A stretch of DNA of 29,041 nucleotides from contig NW_021833141.1 in assembly GCF_006345805.1 (NCBI RefSeq), positions 1 to 29,041 of the forward strand. Reading direction: 5' to 3'. The DNA is from Octopus sinensis. Taxonomy: Eukaryota. Shown here piece by piece: positions 25,567 through 29,041 of the stretch. A program made the translations under genes and the position numbers. Within the stretch, counting starts at the first letter, position 1, and each line of letters begins with the position of its first letter. Under the pieces are notes generated by a model, which worked only from the letters and a program-made list of their open reading frames with translations, was not told where the DNA came from and made no database searches.

Positions 25567-25811
25567 GCTGTTACATGTTAATTGCATTAGCAGGAATGGT
25601 TTGTTTTTGTTTTTGTTTTTTTAAGTTTAGGTCACCTGAATCTCCTGAAATCTCAAGAATCTTTCTTAAGATTCTTGCAGAATGCAGGATTGCACTTTTC
25701 TGCGAGTCAACAATGCGAGTCTCAAATGATTCCAATCTCTTTCAGTCTCTTAGGCAGCAATTTTGGGTGACGTGCCAAGAGCACCAATTCCTACAAGAAT
25801 AATCATTGTTT

Positions 25812-25861
<50 letters not shown>

Positions 25862-28800
25862 GCTCTCTCTCGCTCTCTCTCGCTCTCTCTCGCTCTCTCT
25901 CTCTCTCTCGCTCGCTTTTGTCCCGATAATTCTCAGCTTTTTCAATATTTTATGAAGCGCTGTGGCTTAATGGTTAGTGCGTTAGGTTCATAAAATTAAA
26001 GAAGGGTTTCCCTTCTTCAACCAGGATGCAGATTGCGCTCTTCAGCAAGACTCTTTATTTCACGTCACTCCAGCCTACTCCGCTGAAAAGGAGTAACAGC
26101 TAAGTGCTGATGCATCTCTCTCTCTCTCTCTCTCTCTACTCCCCCCTCTCTCTCTCCCTTTACCTCTCTCTTTCTGCCCTTCAGTTACCCCATTCTGGAT
26201 GTTACTCTGGTTCACGGGTGGGAGAACCAACAAGACGTCGATGTCTGCTCGTGACTACACAGGCAGCAAAAACAATTTGCGAAGGCCTGGTACACGTTAC
26301 CCGAGTCATTGCTATACTTTTTAAACCCGCGAGCATGCTTTAACGGGTCACGATTTCATTCGACTCTACCCCTGGGTGGTTCAAAAGTAGGCGGGCCCCA
26401 CGCTTTTGTTTTCACGTTTCACTAATAAACCGAAACATCGTTATTTTCAGCCATAGAATCAAAACACCATGTGGAAGCCCGCTTTGGCGTCTTCCTAGCA
26501 GAAAGTCAAAAGAAACTGCGCACACTAAAGCGAACTCACAAGATGAAAGGGTTAATATATCTGTCTGTTCGTGACATTGTTTTTAACATGTTAAAAGTTG
26601 GGCCGCGTTAAACATTGGGGTTAATTCACTGGTGTTAGTTGAAGCTGTGTGTTGGCTTAGCATTTTCTAAACCATGTTTATAGGCCTCGCCCAGTATTAT
26701 TTATGGGATGCGTCCACGTCTACGCGCCTATACAAAGATGGTTTTGTATCATTCCAGCTGTTTCAATTAGGAAATGGTACGATGAAAGCATTCTTTAATT
26801 ACCATAATATCTTTAATTCACTAATTAACGCTATTTATTGATAACCCACTCTCAGTATTTATATTTTTCTGAGATGTAGCAACGTCTAACCGCCATTGCG
26901 GAAGTACACTAATTGCGCATGAGTATTAAGTGCTGTCCTTGAATGCCGTTTAATTCTTGCATCAAGGGCATGGATTGTTTTTTTTTTATCTCGATTCTGC
27001 GCAACGGTAAAGTCATGTGATATGATTATGTGGATAATTGGTCCACTAGTGTCGTTTTTGTAATGGAAAACGGTTTATTAAGTATTATTGATGATTACCA
27101 TTGAAGGCAATTACTAAATAATGGTTGGAATGTTATCAAGGTTTCGGAGCACTTTAGCAGTGGGGCAACGCGGTCATTAGGACGTCAATCCTGGTATTCG
27201 ATAAAGAGAGTTAGCGGAAGACGTGGATGATAATAAGCAAGGACCAGTTGATGAGAATATTGAGAACGATTTATTAAATAACTAGCAGTATCTCCCGCCG
27301 TTGTTCGGGTTTGTTTCGACCTTTAGAATTGGAATTTTTGAAAAGTAAAAATTTTGCATTATGTAGCTTGTTATTCTCTTTAAGTGAACATTTTTCTGGT
27401 TGAAATACACCGAAAAATGGCGACACAGCAGTAAAGAAAATCGTAAAAAATAAAGATTTTCATAGAAAAAAAAACACCTTTTTGATCCAAATAATTTTTG
27501 GTGTTAACATGGTCCGATTTGAATTTTTTTTTCTATGGAATAAAGAGCAAGCCTTCTTCTATCATACTTTCAATTTTGGTCAACTTGCTCTGCAGGGTCT
27601 CGGAGGAGATAGTGCTAGTTGAAGCCTACCAAACCTGCCACGCGCAGACAACTTCAGCTTTATATAGAGAGAGATAGGTCGGGAGGCTAACAGGGGTTCG
27701 TAGCACTCTAGCAGTAGGCTGATCTGCTGTGTCGCCATTTTTCGGTGTATTTCAACCAGAAAAATGTTCACTTAAAGAGAATAACAATCTACATAATGCA
27801 ACATTTTTACTTTTCAAAAATTCCAATTCTAAAGGGTCAAAACAAACCCGAGCAACGCCGGGCGATACTGCTAGTGATTGGTAAATCAAGTCGAGGAATT
27901 TAGATGAGTCTTTGGTGTAGGAACATTGGTGCGTGCCGAGCAACGGAGAGAATGGTTTGAAGTACTTCTTCATGTTCTGAGATCGAATCCCGCCGAGTTC
28001 GACTTTTCCTTTCATTCTTTTGGAGTAGATGTTTTTATTTGGATCCACACCGGAATGTATTTTTTTTTTTTTTTTGCCAAATCTTAAAAACAAATGCATG
28101 AACTAAGGGAAATAACTCAAAGGAACTATAGCAGGAAATTCAACAAATAGGTTACAGCGTGACATGTTGGACACAGTATGTAAAGAAAAAAAGTGTCAAC
28201 CTAGCGGTAAACGTATGAGTCCTTCAAAAAGACGGGAGATAATACATTTTTTTAAATATTTTTTTCGCAAACTAATCTCTCTGCTTCGAGAAAAGGCAAG
28301 CTGATCTTTGTTTGGAAGTCAAAGAGACAACTATGAACATATTTCAGCCTTTTAGACATCATCAGCATAGTGTTCTCTAAAGCAAGCTGGCAAATCATTT
28401 TTTTTTCTGTTATTTTTTATTGTATCCTCCATTATCCATTTATAGACGCAGGAGTGGCTGTGTGGTAAGTAGCTTGCTAACCAACCACATGGTTCCGGGT
28501 TCAGTCCCACTGCGTGGCATCTTGGGCAAGTGTCTTCTGCTATAGCCCCGGGCCGACCAATGCCTTGTGAGTGGATTTGGTAGACGGAAACTGAAAGAAC
28601 CTGTCGTATATATGTATATATATATGTGTGTGGTGTGTGTGTGTGTGTTTTGTGTTTGTCCCCCTAGCATTGCTGACAACCGATGCTGGTGTGTTTACGT
28701 CCCCGTCACTTAACGGTTCGGCAAAAGAGACCGATAAATAAGTACTGGCTTACAAAGAATAAGTCCCCGGGTCGATTTGCTCGACTAAAGGCGGTGCTCC

Positions 28801-28982
28801 AGCATGGCCGCAATCAAATGACTGAAACAAGTAAAAGAGTATCTGACTCTTTAATTAGTTGGACATATTTTGTGGTTGTTAGGAGTTTAATTGAAATGGT
28901 TGACATAAAAACTATACTCACTCCTTGCTGTTTGAAGAACTCTGGAAAGCAACCGTCGACGTCAATTCGCCACTCTTTTACT
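3334..28982 (-). CDS. Lipoxygenase (animal arachidonate-LOX / AOS-LOX-like catalytic domain), 3' six exons; 5' part lies beyond the window
   Basis: Six exons with GT-AG sites and matching phases (61+106+92+183+164+115 nt) give [242 protein letters not shown] hallmarks: YxxRDD, D-x-E-(L/I)-Q-x-W, IFTxSxxHAxxNxxQYD, RN...PYxYLxP...NSISI. Confidence 0.95.
3529..3935 (+). mobile_element. SINE-A, near full length
   Basis: Colinear with copies at 17574, 20067 and 28445. Confidence 0.9.
3975..4410. repeat. Degenerate A-rich minisatellite built on a TGATTGA core
   Basis: Repeated aaaa(t/g)tgattga(c/t)tga-like units with irregular spacing. Confidence 0.5.
4553..4859 (-). mobile_element. Penelope-like pLTR remnant carrying a hammerhead, flanked on both sides by (TA)n
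   Basis: On the minus strand TGACGTCA (4782-4775) and TATAAA (4769-4764) precede the HHR; (TA)n at about 4477-4552 and 4860-4893. The PLE assignment rests on the known PLE-HHR association; no RT/GIY-YIG ORF is present. Confidence 0.6.
4596..4684 (-). ncRNA. Type I hammerhead ribozyme, canonical core
   Basis: Minus strand: tttc-CTGATGA-[gaa..ctgcata..tcct.attcc-ctc-ggaat.agga..tatgtag..ttc]-GAAA-c-atat-g-TC^gaaa. Stem I tttc/gaaa, extended stem II, palindromic stem III ACATATGT, GUC triplet at 4608-4606. Confidence 0.8.
5321..5717 (-). mobile_element. Non-autonomous Helitron, second subfamily
   Basis: A|TC start at 5718/5717 (tctttatatataaaagtgaagttg); near-identical 3' hairpin aacccgagcaacgccgg; degenerate terminus (tatag); internal duplication of about 100 bp. 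Confidence 0.75.
6223..6640 (+). mobile_element. SINE-B dimer with 21-bp TSD
   Basis: atatatatgaatataggcaga at 6202-6222 and 6641-6661; body restarts at 6274 and 6459. Confidence 0.9.
6653..7070 (+). mobile_element. Old, diverged SINE-A-like copy
   Basis: Colinear similarity to SINE-A head, TG tract and tail. Confidence 0.6.
7535..7717 (+). mobile_element. Family C: about 190-bp Penelope-like / retrozyme-like element
   Basis: Homologous to 11193-11333, 21641-21839 and 23483-23681; TA-rich flanks; contains a minimal HHR. Confidence 0.7.
7585..7620 (+). ncRNA. Minimal hammerhead-like motif (CUGUAGA core)
   Basis: cttt-CTGTAGA-a-gagc-atag-gctc-GAAA-cg-TA^aaag. Confidence 0.6.
7867..8030 (-). 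CDS. LOX penultimate exon: [15 protein letters not shown]...[10 protein letters not shown]
   Basis: Acceptor tattttccag|, donor |gtaagt; 164 nt, phase 0 to 2. Confidence 0.92.
9270..9450 (+). mobile_element. SINE-A 5' half, diverged
   Basis: ggcaccttggcgaaatgtcttctactttagccccgggccga matches the SINE-A body. Confidence 0.7.
9826..10107 (-). mobile_element. SINE-E, internally deleted
   Basis: Reverse complement matches the head and the 3' half of 17106-17468. Confidence 0.7.
10406..10692. repeat. (CT)n/(CTAT) polypyrimidine microsatellite
   Basis: Direct inspection. Confidence 0.95.
10871..11053 (-). CDS. LOX exon with Fe-ligand His/Asn (HASSN)
   Basis: Acceptor ttattaacag|, donor |gtaacc; 183 nt, phase 0/0; [21 protein letters not shown] aligns with ALOX5 [21 protein letters not shown]. 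Confidence 0.95.
11193..11333 (+). mobile_element. Family C element, 5'-truncated, within (TA)n
   Basis: Minimal HHR at 11214-11249: cttt-CTGTCGA-a-gagc-gtag-gctc-GAAA-cg-TA^aaag. Confidence 0.7.
11950..12271 (-). mobile_element. tRNA-derived SINE-D
   Basis: Head gaaggcgcatggctcagtggttagagc (A box), then a central-domain-like tgttcttgagcaagacatttt; diverged copy at 25954-26103. Confidence 0.75.
12320..12530 (+). mobile_element. SINE-A 3' half, diverged
   Basis: tgcttgacaaccggtgctggtgtgtttacgtc...tgactgaaacaagtaaa. Confidence 0.75.
12575..12876 (-). mobile_element. SINE-A, 5'-truncated, young
   Basis: Reverse complement nearly identical to the SINE-A body and tail. Confidence 0.9.
13230..13430 (+). 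mobile_element. Family C-related element with minimal HHR (CCGACGA core)
   Basis: gttt-CCGACGA-a-gagc-tcc-gctc-GAAA-cg-TT^aaac at 13303-13337; long (TA)n on the left. Confidence 0.6.
13436..13872 (-). mobile_element. RTE-clade LINE 3' fragment (frameshifted)
   Basis: Minus-strand translation FGHMEW.DEE.MVR / [27 protein letters not shown] / [14 protein letters not shown] matches the RTE C-terminal WFGH...RGRPR.RW.D...DR..WR pattern. Confidence 0.8.
14087..14464. mobile_element. Tc1/mariner-type MITE
   Basis: 26-bp TIRs cact(act/tgc)gtcagaaattaattagcac; TA on both sides. Confidence 0.8.
14522..14572 (-). mobile_element. SINE-A tail fragment
   Basis: Reverse complement of ggtgctccagcatggccgcag...aagtaaaaga, diverged. 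Confidence 0.5.
14626..14800 (+). mobile_element. SINE-A 5' half, diverged
   Basis: Head plus gggccgaccaaagc...ggaaactgaaagaag. Confidence 0.7.
15860..16635. mobile_element. hAT/Charlie-like MITE containing a SINE-B dimer
   Basis: Imperfect TIRs cagtggttcccagcc / ggtcgagaactacta; 8-bp TSD gtttatga / gtttataa (7 of 8 match). Confidence 0.65.
16190..16593 (-). mobile_element. SINE-B heterodimer with 14-bp TSD
   Basis: aagacacccagcaa at 16176-16189 and 16594-16607; two bodies with different tails. Confidence 0.88.
17106..17468 (+). mobile_element. tRNA-derived SINE-E
   Basis: A box tggcctagtggttag, B box ggtttcgattccc; second copy at 9826-10107. Confidence 0.8.
17495..18133 (-). mobile_element. 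RLE-type (R2/R4/NeSL-group) non-LTR retrotransposon C-terminal fragment split by SINE-A
   Basis: [33 protein letters not shown] | [17 protein letters not shown] fits the C-terminal restriction-like endonuclease region. Confidence 0.7.
17574..17993 (+). mobile_element. SINE-A, full length
   Basis: ggcgcaggag head to aagagta tail. Confidence 0.92.
18537..19173. repeat. (TATG)n microsatellite with recurrent TACGTCTG interruptions
   Basis: Direct inspection. Confidence 0.95.
19575..19735 (+). mobile_element. SINE-B, diverged
   Basis: gtcgactttgcctttcat...taagtaccagttacgcactggggt. Confidence 0.7.
19835..20045 (+). mobile_element. SINE-B (B2 tail), diverged
   Basis: agctggcagaatcgttagc head; ggtcttgtgctagaattagaaag tail. 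Confidence 0.65.
20067..20477 (+). mobile_element. SINE-A, full length
   Basis: Colinear with the other copies. Confidence 0.92.
20608..20699 (-). CDS. LOX exon: (E)[30 protein letters not shown]
   Basis: First AG after a long pyrimidine tract (cgaag|), donor |gtaagt; phase 1 to 0; keeps the YY-x8-D spacing of ALOX5 (YYEGDQVVEED). Confidence 0.9.
21049..21118. repeat. (AAT)n microsatellite
   Basis: Direct inspection. Confidence 0.9.
21641..21839 (-). mobile_element. Family C element with minimal HHR (21740-21775; stem III C to T change)
   Basis: Reverse complement: cttt-CTGTAGA-a-gagc-gtag-gctc-GAAA-tg-TA^aaag; (TA)n on the left, (CT)n(TA)n on the right. Confidence 0.7.
22048..22160. repeat. 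16-bp minisatellite ATATATACAAACATAC
   Basis: About five to six tandem units. Confidence 0.8.
22330..22830. repeat. Trinucleotide low-complexity blocks (GGY/GCT, then CAT/CAC) around a (CT)n tract
   Basis: Direct inspection. Confidence 0.8.
22885..23045 (+). mobile_element. SINE-A 5' half
   Basis: ggcgcagg head, ggttcagtccc B box. Confidence 0.75.
23301..23411. mobile_element. 111-bp foldback MITE at a TA site
   Basis: Arms 23301-23339 and 23370-23411 are near-perfect inverted repeats; TA on both sides. Confidence 0.65.
23483..23681 (-). mobile_element. Family C element with intact minimal HHR (23573-23608)
   Basis: Reverse complement: cttt-CTGTAGA-a-gagc-gtag-gctc-GAAA-cg-TA^aaag. Confidence 0.72.
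23860..23965 (-). CDS. LOX exon: [35 protein letters not shown]
   Basis: Acceptor ttcctttgcag|, donor |gtaagg; YPFRDD motif; phase 0 to 1. Confidence 0.93.
24055..24579. mobile_element. Unclassified about 500-bp repeat F, copy 1, between (ATT)n tracts
   Basis: Colinear with 24969-25440; no ORF or tRNA head recognised. Confidence 0.7.
24621..24832 (+). mobile_element. SINE-B monomer (B2 tail)
   Basis: aggcggtgagc head; ggccttgtgcttccagtagaaaag tail followed by (ATA)n. Confidence 0.8.
24833..24968. repeat. Long inverted repeat (about 60-bp arms, 15-nt loop)
   Basis: Arms 24833-24892 and 24908-24967 differ at five positions. Confidence 0.9.
24969..25465. mobile_element. Repeat F, copy 2
   Basis: Homologous to 24055-24525; followed by a long (ATT)n. 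Confidence 0.7.
25566..25810 (-). mobile_element. R4/Dong-like non-LTR 3' end adjoining (TAA)n
   Basis: Minus-strand ...GIGALGT / [25 protein letters not shown] matches the R4-clade C-terminus; the 3' UTR runs into (TAA)n at 25467-25565. Confidence 0.7.
25954..26103 (+). mobile_element. SINE-D-like, diverged
   Basis: tggcttaatggttagtgc head; cagcaagactctttatttcacg domain. Confidence 0.55.
27282..27674 (-). mobile_element. Non-autonomous Helitron, full length (393 bp)
   Basis: A|TC at 27675/27674; hairpin; CTAG|T at 27282/27281. Confidence 0.88.
27724..27874 (+). mobile_element. Helitron 3' 151 bp, inverted relative to its neighbour
   Basis: Hairpin plus CTAG (27871-27874) followed by T. 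Confidence 0.85.
28445..28841 (+). mobile_element. SINE-A, full length
   Basis: Colinear with the other copies. Confidence 0.92.
28922..28982 (-). CDS. LOX exon (first in window): [20 protein letters not shown]
   Basis: Acceptor ttctgtag|, donor |gtgagt; phase 2 to phase 0; position matches the LOX segment preceding LPNY. Confidence 0.85.
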
Positions 28983-29041
28983 CTACAGAAATTTATGAAC
29001 GAAATGATAGACAACATATAACACAAAATATTATATAACAC

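Overview
AT-rich, microsatellite- and SINE-dense metazoan DNA; the repeat repertoire suggests an octopus/coleoid cephalopod (inference). The only host gene is the 3' part of a lipoxygenase on the minus strand: six GT-AG exons (28982-28922, 23965-23860, 20699-20608, 11053-10871, 8030-7867, 3448-3334) splice in frame into 239 aa, with the Fe-ligand His/Asn and the C-terminal Ile. The introns hold several tRNA-derived SINE families (labelled A, B, D, E locally), non-autonomous Helitrons, Tc1/mariner and hAT MITEs, and RTE and RLE-type LINE fragments. The most notable signal is six hammerhead-ribozyme (HHR)-like motifs in short, mostly (TA)n-flanked Penelope-like elements. One has a canonical core, an extended stem II and a palindromic stem III and lies in sense in the last LOX intron. 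Five are minimal, dimer-type variants with non-canonical cores and stem-I covariation. Tandem SINE-B multimers bounded by a single TSD and several long hairpins are also present. All coordinates were read by eye; no searches were run.
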